This document shows, piece by piece, positions 36,064 through 50,848 of a stretch of DNA of 64,000 bases. Numbering within the stretch: the first letter of the stretch is position 1; each line of letters begins with the position of its first letter. Origin of the DNA: Phoronis australis (Eukaryota; Animalia; Phoronida); NCBI GenBank assembly GCA_002633005.1, contig NMRA01000108.1, positions 601,006 through 665,005 on the forward strand. Direction: 5' to 3'. Under the pieces are notes generated by a model. The model did not search any database. It worked only from the letters and a program-made list of their open reading frames with translations, and had not been told where the DNA came from. Made by a program: the position numbers and the translations under genes.

Positions 36064-39000
36064 AGACTGTTTCGTGAAAAGTGACAGAAGACTAAGACAG
36101 AAATTAGGTCTCATTGGACAATTACAGAATAAAGGTTTACCCAAGTAATTATGAGCGCATCACGGACTAGAAATGATTAACGAGATTTATTTCAGTAACT
36201 AACAGTTATGCGCATATTCACAGAGACTTTGCATTTTTCATCAGGTGAAATGCAATTATTCATTTTTTCGGAAATAGTTCTGTAGAGCGTAAGACCATAT
36301 TCTTGACTTTAGTCTTCAGTCACTTTTCATGAAAAAGACTAGTGCGGAGTAAGCAATGGGGATATAACGACTTTGTATGAAACATGAGTCCACACCGTCG
36401 GAAATTCGAGCCCTCCCATATTGAAGGGCACTGTGGGTGCGCGCATGTGAGTAATAAAGTATATATAAAACTCCGATCTGGCTAGCGTCGCAGGTACATG
36501 CGAGAAAATAAGTCTTTGACAAATGTGGTTGAATCTCTACTTGTGTCATTTTCTTGGAATATGGCGGGTATATAAATTCAAACTGAAGATTGAAATACAT
36601 GTATGGGAAATGGTTTCCAGAAATAGCTTCCTCCCATTTAATAATAAGAAATAGATTTCATTTAATTTCTCCTCCAAAAAATCACAAATAAATTCGAAGT
36701 TCAAATTACAGCCCTTCACTGTACATACCGCAAGTCTTTACCGTGAGAGGAGATATATCTGATCAAGTGGGATTTTAACATAGTAACAAAACCTTGTTTG
36801 AACGTGTTATACATTTAGGAACAGATTGCTTGCTCAGGTTAGGACCTGGAGTACTCGAAAGTTGACTCGAAGATTGTATAAATATGCGTTTGGAAGATCT
36901 AGGTCATATTTTTTATCTAAAAGCTTAAAAGATCGACTATTCATGTATTGGATCTACTACAGACTATATCTTTGTTTCTAAGTCATAACGCTAAAAATTT
37001 TGAGATTAATCGCCATTGAGATGGACCCCGATTTGTTGGGGGAGCTTTGATCTGTCAAAAGCTACACTTAATTTTTAAGGGTTTCCCAATGACATAAAAT
37101 TAAATCCTTTTGAACGGATTTTAATAGGTATGGCGTCATTCAAAAAGCTTATCTGTTCATTTAAAATTTGATAAACAACATTTTGAGCAGTAGTCTTCTC
37201 AATACAAGCAACCTAGACGAAATATCAACCACTCCTGCTGAGTTCGGGTGCAAAATTAAACCTTTTATACAGATCTAACCCATGAATATAGTGCCTTTAG
37301 CCGAAAAGGTACCCTTTCGCGAGGAGTCCGGAAGTAAAAACTACCCAAGGATCTGACCGGGGCGTCCGCTTATGCCTTCCCATGTAAGCTTTCCAGGGAT
37401 TTGAATTTTGTATTTGCAGTAAACTATGAGCTGAGCAATTTGTTCCTTGTAGTATCACCTCGCCCTCAGCCTCTCCTTGATTGCGTCACGGAGTGAATGT
37501 ACCAAGGGTCTTCGTTGGAAGCAGAATCAAGCCTCATCAACATTACAGGAAAACACGGATAACTCGAGCCTTCAACGCTAAAATCTGAGCTTTGTTTCCC
37601 ATCCTATTTCCAATTGCAACTCGGTGTACAGTTTGTATGGCACTTTAAATGTAGTGCATAATTGACCGGTGAAAATAAACACAGCTTTAAAAGACTTCAA
37701 AATGATTTATTTTCTTCGCGGACTTAGACATTCCTACATTTCCACATGGTGGTCAATTACGACCTCAGAGATTTTTGACGCGTCATTGCCATGCCAATCG
37801 CGGGCGTTGCCAAGTCTATCCCGTGACGTTTATAGCCTTGAGTTTAGCAATAATCGGTTAAGCAAGAACACTGTAGCGTCAAAACTAATGATCTCTGCAA
37901 CCATCCAGTCGGGGTCAGTAGCACTGCACACACGTGTTTATGACATTTAGTTTTTCTTTTGAAAGCTGTCCCTCGCTTTCCAGATGTGACGAAATAATAG
38001 TATGCCAGCTTTTTCTGAAACTTCATATTAGGCGATGAGAATTCAAACTTGATCAACAGAATCATTCACCCCATGTGACCCCAGGACGAGAACTGAAAAG
38101 TGACCTTCAGGTAAAATGCCAAGGACTACAGCTCTGTCTGGTAATTAACAGGTTGGCATTGAAACGAGGTATATTTATTTTGGGCGTTCAAACAGACATG
38201 TCGAAACAATTGGTATCAGAAAAAATCCATTTAAAGGGTGAAGGCATGCCCGATGTGATAAGAATTTTATTATTCATTAACACGTGAAGAGTGTTAATTT
38301 TCATAGTTTGTAAAATCAATGTATTTGTTCAAAAAAAGAAAACAATTAATGCATTGTTTATGAGACAATTATTGTGTTATACTTTCACGTGAATGCCTGA
38401 GGTCAAATTACTTAAAATGCGAAGCTATAGAATAAACAAGATTTGGGACAAAAAAGGCAATTGGGGTCAACGGGGGCGAGGTGAAACATTTCGCACACAC
38501 TTCGCAGAATTCTTTTTTCACGACAGCAAGTGATTAAAGGGCGGGGGTTACTCCCACAAAAGAGGAATACGGGTGAATTTTTCACAAGTTTCCGAACGAA
38601 ATCGGTGCATTTTCCGACATAGTTCACCCGAAAACGTTTTTACATTGGTAGTTCAAAACTCTACGAAAGATTTTTACCAATTTACACAGCTATACGGAAA
38701 GTTTTAATATCATTTATATTTTTAAAACTTATTGCAAAATATAGACTCGTTTTTGACAACATGGTACCTTTTTGCGCTGTTTGAGGCTTTTACTGGGAAA
38801 TTTTCAGCTGTGCAAGAATGCCGCAAAAGGGTTAGGTCTGTGAATTCAACTCCAACAAAAGGTGGCGGTTCTGAAGTGAATGGGCGACTTTTTCATGGAA
38901 ACTCCCTGCAACTGGGTTCTTTTTCCGTGTACTCTCTAAATGGGTGGATATCCCAACTTTCCAGCTGCATCGCCATCAAAAATATAAACAAGTACCCCCA

Positions 39001-42000
39001 GAGGTTAAAGCCAGCTGACATGTTGTCTTGCTTGTGTCAAACTCACTGACATAACAAACTTGGTTTACAGACAACCAGCCAGGATATCTTTCTCTATTGC
39101 TACAGACAATATTGCATGCCTTCTTATTTCTACTGGATCAGTGTTTACGTCGCATGTGTGTAGGATACAGAATTGCCTCATGTCTCATTTGTTCGAATTG
39201 CCGCTGAAATCGAATCACTGCAGAACGCAGACTGATAGTGTCTTTTGCGTACCTGTTGCAATTTCGAGTCGATTCTGTTAGTACCTATGAGTGGAAGGTC
39301 TAAAACACCGTACCACAAGGTAAGTCAAGTTATGTTGACTATGAAAGTGGTCGAAACATAAAGGGCCTAGTATGACGTCACAGTTGACGGCGGGAACCAG
39401 TACATGGGTGGCCGACAGTATTCCGAGTTGTAGGTCGGGTCTCAATGAAAGGAACCAACCAGCGCCTGGTTCGTCTCTACAAGATCGAGGTACAAACCTC
39501 AAAGTTATCAAACTATGAGCTTAACAGGCCACGGTATCTGTACTCAGCTTTGACTTATGCATTAGAAAAGGTGAATGAGGGCAACGATGGCTAGAAAGAG
39601 TGACTGAGGTGTGGACTTTGAGACAGCAAGTATAGTGACGACAAATATTGATTTGCAACAGACGAAATTTGTCTCCCTTTCTTGTTGACCCTCTGACTGA
39701 AGCCGCATTGACTCCGCTTGAATTCACCACCAGGTGTCGCACCGTAACTTGTCAAGTCTGCCCGACTGGTGACGTTCTTCTGAACTCCTGATAAATAAGA
39801 ATAGTAGTTTTACAGTTTTGTCACTAGCTACAGTCTGCATCGAATTTTCCTACACGTACTGGCCCTTCCAAATTCGCACTCCGAACAAAATCGCAATATT
39901 CAATCAAACATTAAAAGGCTACTTCTAGATTTTTCATGCCTTGTTGCTGGTGTGAGTTATCTTATTTGCATTTTTTATTTCTTGTAGGTTTAACAATGCC
40001 ACAAGTGAATTTAAACTAAGTTCTGAAATGGTGCGTACTTTTGATAGCAGTTTTGGTCGTAAACATTTCACAAAACGACTGTACACAAAATGTCAAGAGC
40101 TCGTTATCGCTGAGTGTATGATTCAACCGCAAGTCATGAGGTGTTTCTCATAACAGTGTGAAGTAGCGGCGACTCCCATTGTCTGTTCTAAGCGAGGTAA
40201 GGCACTGGGTCAGATTCGTCAAAGGAAACATAAGCCTACCTGTTGGAGGTAACTCGGTGTCCATGATCTAAGTAAAGGCTTCGTGCGTTTATCAAATCTG
40301 ACCAAAGTGCGGAAATAGATCAGCCCCATGATGTGTGTACTGTGACATTCATAACCTTTGATTGATAACGTGTTTACACGCAGCAGCTTGTTGACGAGGT
40401 TTTGGTTATTACATCACTAGATTGTGAAGGTAAAAGACGCTCATGCTTTAGTTCCTACTGGCGGTTATTAAGGAGTCACTGGTGAGGACACTTTGACTAT
40501 TCTGTGCCTCATATATGGAGGTATAGTCATAATTATAATTATGTTTAAGAGTCACGGTAATGTAGCATGTTGCCGCAGTGAGATTGTATATAATTTCTTA
40601 GTTTTGATTTTTGTATGACAAAGAAAATTTCACGCAGGTTGTGACTTTGAAATTTTGATCGCTGATTTTAAAATACAGTGAAACGTGCTTCATGGGTGTC
40701 GGTTTATACTTTCCTTTGGTAACTTTAATTTGGTTTGTTTCCGCAGAGAGTTTCTTTACAGTGTCGTGGTACAACCGGTGTTTTAGGTCAAATGGTTATC
40801 GGGGTGGTTATGATGAACGCTTTAACAAACGTATTTACATGTTTGTATACATTTTTGTAAATGTGTTTATTAAGCACCTTAAAGTGCAACTGTCTTTCCT
40901 AAAATACAGAAACCAAATGCATATTACTATACCATTATCAATTTTGTGTTGGTATCCAGACCCAACAATGTGATTATATAATACTTGTTCTTTAAAGTAT
41001 AGCCAAAAGCATTCTGATATGAGGGAATACGTAAAGTGAACGCCATGTTTTTGTAAAAAGATTTGCGTAATTGTAGCGTCACCATGGAAACTATGTTGCA
41101 CGTGTGAAAGGACTTTAATTCAGTAGCCTCGTTCCGCACTCCAGCGCACAATCGTCTTGTCTTCGTGGGAGCCGAAATTACAGCTCCCCAAACCATCGAC
41201 GCCTCGACGTTAGTATGAAAGGTCCATCATATAAGTTCCTGACTGTGTTGACTTCTTTATTTGGAAAGTCACGTGAGTTGACTACCCTAATATGTGTCTT
41301 TACTTTCGCATTTCAAAAAGGCTATACAGAATACATAAAACACCGTTTGTTTGTCGTTTTTCAAAACTTTCTGTACGCTATGAATTATCGTACGTAGCAT
41401 AGACAGAGACTATGTCGCATCTTCATAATGGGAGGACAAAAATTGTCGACTAGACGCAACAGTCAAATGAGCTACACTCTAATTTGTCCATTGAGCGCAG
41501 TATACTACGCTTATCAAATCCGCGTGTTGCAATTACTGAACGAACATCATAGGCCCTATGGAATAAAGGCAAAAAACCATAGCGATGAGAGGTTCAATAT
41601 GTGCCCTTGTTGAGAGATCGAATAGTCTTCGTCGCGATTATAAGCAGGTCGCCTTCTATCACTCAAACAAACTTTTGATTTAGGCCACTTTACGTTATGA
41701 AAGTGGTCTCAATGCTTATTTCGATCAGAAAGGCTTTGTGAACTTTGGAAAGTTCGGGCGCTTTGTAACTGGGCGTGACCTGAGGGCTCTACAATTTGAC
41801 TCGTCGGGACGGGACACTTTTTGAAATTTGTACGTTTTGATATTTGGAGTTATGTTCCGTGACAAGTAATTAAAATGAAATAGACAATGTCAAATAAGCA
41901 TGAAATAGGTAGGCGGAAGTCATTGATAATCTTAAACATGTAAAATTCTTACCACTGAGATATAGTCATAATTGTGAATACTCTGTCAGGTATCAAATAA

Positions 42001-44276
42001 AAGGTTACGCTTCAACAGCGAATGCTTGTTGAGTGATTACACTTTGGTAGCCATCGACCTACAACAAATAATCCATTCTCTTGACTGTGGCATTCTGACA
42101 CTATCATTCTGTTATCGCGATACAGGCGTTTTATTGCCTCTTGTCCACTTCCAAATTGCACAATAGTCGGTAGACATTACATGCTTCCAACAAACTGGTT
42201 AATTGTGGCACAAATTAAAAAGAGCCAACTATGGAGCATGGGATCATTATTTGTGTTGGCGATTGATGGACTTCTTATTTCAGAGGTATTCCTTCCTTTA
42301 AATTCACCAGTTAAGATCATAGAACTGATTAGTTCCGTCAGTCGAAAGATGTCGCTAAAATATATACATGTCGTAACTTCCAGCTCTGTTTGTTTTTGCC
42401 TTATTTTACTATTTCTTTAAGTTTTCCTTAAAGTGGCGGCAATTGAGCCACTACCCATAATGCACGAGTCCGCTGCTGTCACTCACTACGACGGTGGTAC
42501 ACCACCAAAAATAAAAATCAAATTACAAAAATTGATATTAAATTCAATTAAGTTTGAAAATATTTGAGGTTGTGTTCAATGAACATCATTTGGAAATTAA
42601 GTTTTGGATGAACTCACTAAAGTCCGTTTTATGAAGCTATTAACTAAAATAAAGCTGAAATAGCAGAATCTTGAACAGCACGATTTAGCAAAGACCGTAT
42701 TTCCGAAATTTATTTTGTCAAGTGCAGGTAGTAGTTGACTGTAAATACGGGCTACTGTCAAAGTTACGTCAGCTGCAGTGATTCGTTCTTGTCAAGAGCA
42801 TATAGCATAGCGTTCCCACTCACGTACCTAGGATCATCTTAGCTGCGACTGGGTGTTGGTGCCACGTTTGATAAAACAGCCTCTTGGTCAATAAAAATTT
42901 TAATAATCAAACGAGCGTTTCGTTACAGACTGGCTACTCAGCACAGTACCAGCATTGTTGAAATTAAACGTAACCCTTGAGCACAATGCTCACATTTTGC
43001 GTGATTACAAAAGTTAAACAAGTCTGTATGCCCTCTAGTGAGTTACCCGGACAAATTACGGTTCACGCTGAAAGTTTTGTGATCTCCGCTTATCTAGCTA
43101 ATTTTGAAGTTGTACGCCACTCAGGGGCATTGGTGTGCATGGCACGGCAATAAAAGATTCCCCGTTATGGAGCAAACACCAATAAATCAACGTTGACTGA
43201 AGATGGAAGATATACCAGTTTCACACGTTACCTCAGCGCGTTTTCAACGAAAACAAAGCGAAACACTTGGCACCTAGGCTCGCCATCTGCGTCCAAATTA
43301 TATGCCAAGAACAATGGTTTTGAAGTGCTTAGTTGTTCAAATTTTATATGCCATGTCGCTCTTCAAGGAAGTGCTTAGCTGTTAAGTTTAAGTTTATTTC
43401 CGTTTTTCATTTTACTATAGGCGGTGGTCATTGTCTACTCATGAGAGTGCATGGCCTACGTGTGATTGAAAGGTTAACGCGCTTGTTATTTCGAACACAG
43501 TTTTCCAGTTGTTAGAGCTTGGGCAAAAATTGGAATACCTAACTTCTTTGTTGCATTTGAGTTTGTTTGCATATCCTGACGTAACTTTGTTTTTGTTAGC
43601 TTGTATTTTCGAGTGCCAACCACAAACACCTTCATTGAGCTTGTTGGCATAATTATGCGTTTGAGTTGATAAAAGTGCTGCCTATGTACATCATTGAGTA
43701 AAACAATTATTTGTTATTAATAATAGCTACTCATCGGCAATATAGTCAACCGTAAAGGTACATTTCACCGGACACGTTTTGGCCTCATCGTTAGCGTTTC
43801 TGTTTTCGAAGTCATTAACGTTTAGTTTCAGTTTTCACTTTGTTACAGTAGAGCCAGTGTCTGAACCGGTAAAATTTCAAATAATGAACAAAGGCGTAGA
43901 TACTGTGGTAACCTGTTATGTTGTATTCACGATTTCAATACGAACTTTTGTAGTGAGCGAACGTTAGGTACACGCTAGCGGAAAACATCTACTGCTCTCA
44001 AAACGTTCGTTCGCTTCAGGCGGTGCTTTTGTCAGTTCACGTTATAATTGAATATAGCATTTGAAATATAATTCAAGTTGTCTCAGTTGCGCGAATGCAT
44101 TACAATTTGATATTTAGTGAAGCCAAATGCACATGATCCTGTCTTTAATGTTTGAGCAATCGCTCGAATTACCTCTTTTTACAACTATTTATTCATTTGA
44201 AATACCATGGGTAGATAACTCCATAAATTAATGTAAGATTTACTGGAAAGCTGACTAAGAGCATGAGAACATTTTA

Positions 44277-44726
44277 CACGGTGTTTCAAAAAGGTGCACC
44301 TGCAATCGAGAACTATCTCATCAATATATTTAGTAGGTAGATGGCATATGGAATAGTTCCCTTACCGTATGTGCCTTTGCCAGAATCCCAACTGTATTGA
44401 AGCAGCCTCAAATATTGAACACCACCCAACGTCTCGGGTATTTGCTTAGGTTACGACACTACCCTGATGCGGAGGCTATGATAGTACTCGAAAGGTTTTG
44501 GATGGTTGCCAGACATAAACGCGCGTGCTCTGCATTCAATCCTGGGGCCCGTGACGTAGCGTAAGATACTTTCAAGTAAAAATTAGTGTAAAGCAAATAT
44601 TGGTGTAGTCACGTTTTTGCTTGTGATTCATAGCGATATCTCCCGAAAACTAGTGGAATCTCGCCAAACTCATAACGACCTGTTCTTACGATGTGCAGTT
44701 CAGACCCACCTTTCTGAAACACCCTG
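44277..44726. mobile_element. Tc1/mariner-type MITE with TA TSD
   Basis: TA-CACGGTGTTTCAAAAAGGTG ... CACCTTTCTGAAACACCCTG-TA. Confidence 0.75.
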
Positions 44727-45099
44727 TATGTGGTTTACTACCGATATGTCAAATCGCTTCAGATGGATTTTCAATTATGAGCAATGCTGAAGATCACTAG
44801 TCTTATCAAAATGTGTATAGCGTGGACTTTTTTTTCTGATAGCATACATTGTTTTGTTTTCTTACTTGAACTTTGGTGGTTCCACACGCAAAGCACAATA
44901 TGTTTCTATTGGTGTTTATCAGCTTCACACAAAGTACATAGAGACCGCAATGAGTATCTGAAATAGTAAAAATTGACAAACACGTGTTGCTTTTTAAATT
45001 AACATAATTTAAAAAGTTTAAAAATGAATAGTTTCAAACTTTTCAACAAAGAAATAATAATGTCACAAAGGGACTAGAGACATCTAAAAATTTGCAGGT

Positions 45100-46668
45100 G
45101 TAGTCTACTTATTTTCACAGAAAAATCAAAAGATTTGGCAGATAAAAAGACACACCCGAAACGACATCACTTGTTGGAATTAGCTCCGAACTGTTATTAG
45201 CTGCAAATGTCTTCAAACATGAACATAATTGTTAAATTTCATTCCAGGCGGTTTTGTGGACTGAGATACATGTATGGGCACACTACGTCAAAGATAAGGG
45301 GGGTGCTAGAGTTGTCGAGTAGACAGGCGCTGACACATTGCCACCAATACCCCGACAGGTGTCGAGGTTCATCAAGATCCTCCCCCCATTGGCTCTCTCA
45401 TCCGGAAATGCTTTCGAGTAGAAATAACTGAATAGGTGCAGGGGTAGTCAAATCTCAGTGTCAAAAATCCACTAGTTCCGTTGCAATATCGTATCATATC
45501 TGTTCAGTTTTAACATGAGTCATAATTCAGCTCTTTAGATATTAACCCAAAAGGCTTTTGGCAAAAAGTAGGATAACGAAAACATAAAAGAAGACTAGGA
45601 TGAGATATAATTTCAAATTCATCGAGAAATCTCCTCGCATTGGGAAATTTCAGCCAAATACCCTTTAGTGTTGTTAAAACCTGTCGCTATAATGAATGTC
45701 CACTTCTCGGAATGACCAGCCAAAACCAAAATGACCAATAGGGAATATTACGGTAGCGGATTAATCATTACTCCAGATAAATCCCCGTCATAGTACCTGT
45801 CAGATTTTCCTAGATCTGCCAAACGTTTTTTAGATAGAGATACTGCTGGAAAGGATGGTCACTAAAGTGGCCACTTGGGGACGCTAAAGTAGTCAAATCT
45901 GCTGGAAAAGACTTTTGCCTGTGGAAACCCATTACAAATCTCTGCGTCATTCGGTTCTCTATATATCATCCGAAAAACGATTTTTGCAAGACACGTCTTG
46001 CTGAAAGTTTAAACCCCATAGCTAAAGTAGACCAATCCAAATGAAAATGGACTCTTACCGGAGCATTGCCGTCACATATCTCTATGTCTTGTCACATTGA
46101 AATCTGTCTATTGTTTCTCTAGATGTCATCCGAAAATGCTCTTCCTTCAAAAGCACAAGAAAATCACGTTATCGAGACCAAAAGACACTAGATGGTGCTG
46201 CAGTGGTCTAATCCGCCAGAATAAAATCTACTAGTGTCGGAGTATTACCGTCGCATACTTTTGTGTCATTGAAAACCGCCAATCGGTTTTCTATGTATTA
46301 TCCGGAAACGCTACTCCCCAAAAGTACTGAAAAGGCTCTTGAGATCCGAACGGCCACTAGGATGTATTTCAGAAGTCAAATCTGCCTGAAAATGGACTGG
46401 TGTTGACCATGGCCGCAACATACTTGTTTGTCAAGTTTCATTGAAATCCATCTATCAGTTCTCTAGATACCATCCGGAAACGCTCTTCCCCAAAACATAC
46501 TGAATATTGAAAAGTGGCATGCAACGCCCTAATGTTGCCCTACTCCCTTGTGTCGCCAAATTTCATTAAGACATCATCGGAGAGTTTTGTGATATCGAGC
46601 GGACAATTGGACGCCCAGTTGGCGTGACGGTAAAATGCACGTGCACATAAATACATGGACGTATAAAA
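45100..46668. mobile_element. Second Helentron/HINE-like modular element
   Basis: Repeated TAGAT.TCATCCGGAAA.GCT and CACTAG..GG modules; ends TGACGGTAAAATGCACG...CGTATAAAAA like the 8538-10623 element; boundaries approximate. Confidence 0.45.
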
Positions 46669-49600
46669 AGATAGCTCAGTAAACTGCTTCAGCTTGATAA
46701 AATCTTGCAAAAAAGTTTCAATTTCACTTCACGTGGCCGAAATGATAAAATAGATACTGTAAGTTCCCATACTTATCTGATAATATTTGTGTTGTGACTA
46801 ATACACGGTTTGTTTTGCTTTGTGTTTTTGTAAACCTCACTCCGGCAGTCACGGACCGAGGATTTGCAGACATCGGTTGGCATTTTAGTGATCTTTATGG
46901 CTTTGTCTGAGGTAAGCCAGCCATTATACAACATTGACTGAATTCTTGTCAACAAACTTCATAAGTGTAAAACTGAAGCTTTGACCGAAGATGAATTGCA
47001 AATTCGTTAAGAATACTCACTAGTGACATCGCAGCGTTTAGCATGCCTACAGCTACGCCAGGTATTTGCACTTTGTATTTCACATCCATGAAGGTGTTGA
47101 CATGTTTCAAGTTAGTTTGCTACCTTAGTCAATCTCGAACATTTCGTCGGCTGACGTGAGTGTAGACAACCAAGATTCACAAGCTGTGTAAGCCAATACT
47201 AGCGCGAATACGCGAAGTTGCGAATATTCCCCTAGAAAAGGTAAACGGGATATCATGTACATATCTAAAACTTGTTGCAAAAATGTCTTTTTGTACGGTT
47301 TCAGGGTTAGTGGGTTAAAAATCAGCTATCTAATATCCATTACGATCGGGTTGGGTTTATCAAACCAATTTCTACAAAAACTGATGATTTTGGAGTAAAC
47401 CTATACGAAAGGGTGAGATTTTCATAGAATCTCCACTCAAATGAGTCCCTTTTTCCAGTCCACTCTCTAAACAGATGAATATCATAATTTTCCATCTGCT
47501 CTCGAACTAAGCATATTTTCGAGTGTCCCCCCGGGAAACGAACCGAGATGCTGTCAAAGATATTGGTGCTGGTGTGATGTTTAGCCTCAACGTGTGGAGC
47601 CATGAGCTATGTCGTGTGAATGAATATGACTGTTTCGCTCGTAGAAGTTGTAAATATGAAGCGACAAAACTAGACTAAATGTCAAAGGCATACTTCACGT
47701 ACTATAAGCGGTATATTGTTTAATTTGTAGAGTGACTGACACGTAGACATCGCATCGTAACGTAGACAAAATAGAAAACAATTCTTCGTCTCAAGATTCT
47801 CACAACTGAAATAGCAAATCATAGTCATTTCTTAGTTAGGGAAGATCTGAGGAGGTAAACAGATTTTGTGTCGTACTGGATTTCATTGAGTTGTGCACAT
47901 CGTGCAAAAAACTAGCGTGACGCACTTGAGTCTTCTAGTGAAACGGTTGATTATTGTCCTTCACTTAGGCTTCGGAAGGAGGTATGTGTTTTGTCTTGTG
48001 TGAGTGTACGCAGGTCTGTCTTCCGCGAGGCAAGTTACTGAGAGTTTAGTGATATCACCCAACTCTTCGGCATGCATTGCACGCGATTCATTTCCTTTCA
48101 ATTGTAATCTTGCGTTGTGGAAAGGAGCCAAGTTTAATTTGGAACGTTTGCAACGACATTTTGGTGAATTTTCAGACTCGGGGACAAGCCGGTTATTCCA
48201 CTCTTTTTCAGAACCGTAGGACATTCTCCAATGTTTTCTCAGAGCTATATTTCCTATTTCATCCATGATATGTTTTCTTTTGAACTCCCAATTTTCTTTC
48301 CATTGAACCACAATTCATTTCACTCACTTATACGAGACCTGAGTTAGCACATGCTTGGTAGAGCGTTTGACTGACAGTATACTGGAACTGAGCACCGAGT
48401 GTGCATCGATGAGGAAAGAAATGTGTTCCTAAGAAAGGGTTACGTGAATACAGCACGTGAGAAAAGAATTGTGCTCACAAGAAAATGACGCTGCAAATAT
48501 GAAACCCGTGCAGTGAGTGTAAGGAAGGATCGATAAGATTTGGAAATAACTCTACCTTTACAGAAACTGACATTGTTTATCGAATAATTACAAGTAAAAG
48601 AACGATGAAAAATCAAAAAGACGGGAAGCAAGCAACTTCTGACCTGTCGCCACGCCTTGGCAGAGGATCATAGTATCGAGTTTAATCCCCCCTAAGCGCT
48701 CACCTGTGCCTTTTTAGAAATATGATGATCTCATGAACTTAATATTCTTGTGCACTGAGTTTCGTATTAGGACTACCATAGATCATAAACAACAAATTTG
48801 AGCTCTGATATTCGCACCTGCTATGAAATTTCCAGGGGGCGCCACTCTCTTCCAAAAGCACAACTCCTGTTAGTGAGCACTGAGCAGTCGACCTGCCTTG
48901 CTTGTCGTAAGTAAAACGTGCGATACACCAAACGTCGCTAGTGAATAGTAACGTCGCGGCCAGCTTGTGCGCTAGATCCCATACATGTATATTATGCACA
49001 AAAACATATAGAGTTGATGGTCCATGAGCCTGCTTAGATTTTACGCTGAGCGATTGTTCGTATTCGATTAATGCTTCTCACCTGCAGTACATGCCAAAAA
49101 TATTCAGGCAAAATGACCCGGAATTCCCCGTCGCGACGGCTGGGCAGAAGCCAAATTCATCGTCAGAATGAAGGGAATTAACAGAAAAGTATTTTATCTG
49201 CCTAATCAACTTTGACGTGTTCTGCTCATCAAAGTTACAGAAACCCGTTATCCCCTTTGTTTTATGTGTCACTGGTCTAACTTCGGCCCTCAGACTGTTA
49301 TAAAACCTCTCAAAACTACTTGATATTTCCAGATATAAAACCTGTACTATCCGGCTGAGCAGTAAGATTAAAGGGCGTTGCCTCCCGCTTGATGATCAAA
49401 GACGAAAAGAACTCGCCGAACATGAGACGTCAAGAAAAAAGGAAGGCACCACCAACATACGTAAGCATGAAATCGATGTTTCAAAATTACTAATCTTTGC
49501 TACGTAAAATGATGGGTGAGCTCGTTTAGCGAACGTTCTGAGCGCTGCACTCGTTGATAGTGGTGTAAGGTGTATGCTATAGACCGGGGAAGAAATATGG

Positions 49601-50237
49601 CTACATAAAAGTAACATCATGCGTATTATTTTAGCAGTTTACCTTACACCGTTGGCGTAAAGCATACCGCTCGGAACATTCGTTTTTTAATAGTTGTGTA
49701 CCCTCTATATTTCCCATTTTTATTCATTTTCTTCTCAGAATTTCAAATTGAAATTTAAGTTTCCGTTTACCTTACTTGTTGTCAAAAGTGACTTTTGGTA
49801 ACCGTCACTTACCCCTACAAATTCGTTTTGAATTGTTCTTTCTGCGCTTCGGTAGAACTGGTAGTTATTAATTACATAAGGTAGCCTCATAAGTTGACTT
49901 GATCCGACGGGTCAGTTTTGTGCACCAAGCAGGACACTGTGCATCAACAAACTGTGCACACATCTACTTTAAAGGCGAAGGCAACCTTTTTTCATGTCAT
50001 TTTGAGCTAAAATAAGGTTGGTTGGTTATCCTAGACATATTTTCCACTTAATTACAGCTTTTCGTAATTTTGTTAATTACTCGTCCGCTACTCCGGAAGT
50101 GACGTTTTAGGAGGCAAGCATTTCGCGCCAATTTCTTTTCATATACTCTGACTGTGAGAGCTGCCGACTCAGTCATTGTTCTACCTCGGTTGCGTTAAGT
50201 TCCGTCGTCGTTTGCTTTCATTTACTAGTCAGTCAAC

Positions 50238-50684
50238 ATGCCACACTGTTGCTGCGTACCGGGATGTACTATTTATCGTCTCACGCGCGCTTTGGGAGTA
50301 CCTTTGCATCGCTTTCCGATGGATGACACACTTCGCCGTACTTGGCTCGTTCGTGTGAAGAGCGCAGCGTTACCCGTCCACGCAACGTACAGAGCAGTCG
50401 AGAATTACCGTGTGTGTGGCAAACACTTTCTGCCGTCCGATTACGAAAGGGATTTGTACGCTGAACTGATGAAGGTCCCTGCGAAACAACGCCTGAAGCA
50501 GGATGCCATTCCGTCTGTGTTGATTCCCGGCAGTGCCCCGTCGCCACCCCCAAGATGTGCGTATTTGAAGCGAGAAGCCTCGCGAGCTGTGGCCAGTACA
50601 GTGACTGGAGCCAGTGGAGGCACTTCATCTACTGTCACCCGTGCCTCAACGTACCCCAGAGCGTGCCATTCCTGGAACCAGTAA
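50238..50684 (+). CDS. THAP zinc-finger N-terminus of the transposon's transposase
   Basis: MPHCCCVPGC...LHRFP...W...VCGKHF...RLKQDAIPSV is a complete C2CH THAP signature with AVPTI-like box; an acidic/Ser linker ending KFIV continues in another frame up to the gap. Confidence 0.85.
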   Translation: MPHCCCVPGCTIYRLTRALGVPLHRFPMDDTLRRTWLVRVKSAALPVHATYRAVENYRVCGKHFLPSDYERDLYAELMKVPAKQRLKQDAIPSVLIPGSAPSPPPRCAYLKREASRAVASTVTGASGGTSSTVTRASTYPRACHSWNQ

Positions 50685-50848
50685 GTGATTCGCCCTGTGC
50701 TGTTTTCTCCAGCCCAGAGCCTCTAAGCAGCCCTGCAGCGATATTGAGTAGTGGGAGTGATTACAGGCCCAGTTCGACACCCAGTGAAGAGGACAGTTCG
50801 TCGTCCAGTGAACAGATCGGTGAGCCAAACTTTGATAAGTTTATTGTG

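Noticed and set aside
39590-40265. Possible two-exon minus-strand small ORF (MDTELPPT-G|VQKNVTSRADL...)
   Set aside because: Splice phases fit, but the roughly 73-aa product has no recognisable motif or signal peptide; cannot be told from chance.
48335-48390. tRNA-like A-box (TTGGTAGAGCGTTTGACT), also at 28685-28732
   Set aside because: No T-arm/B-box or acceptor stem; at most SINE remnants, not tRNA genes.
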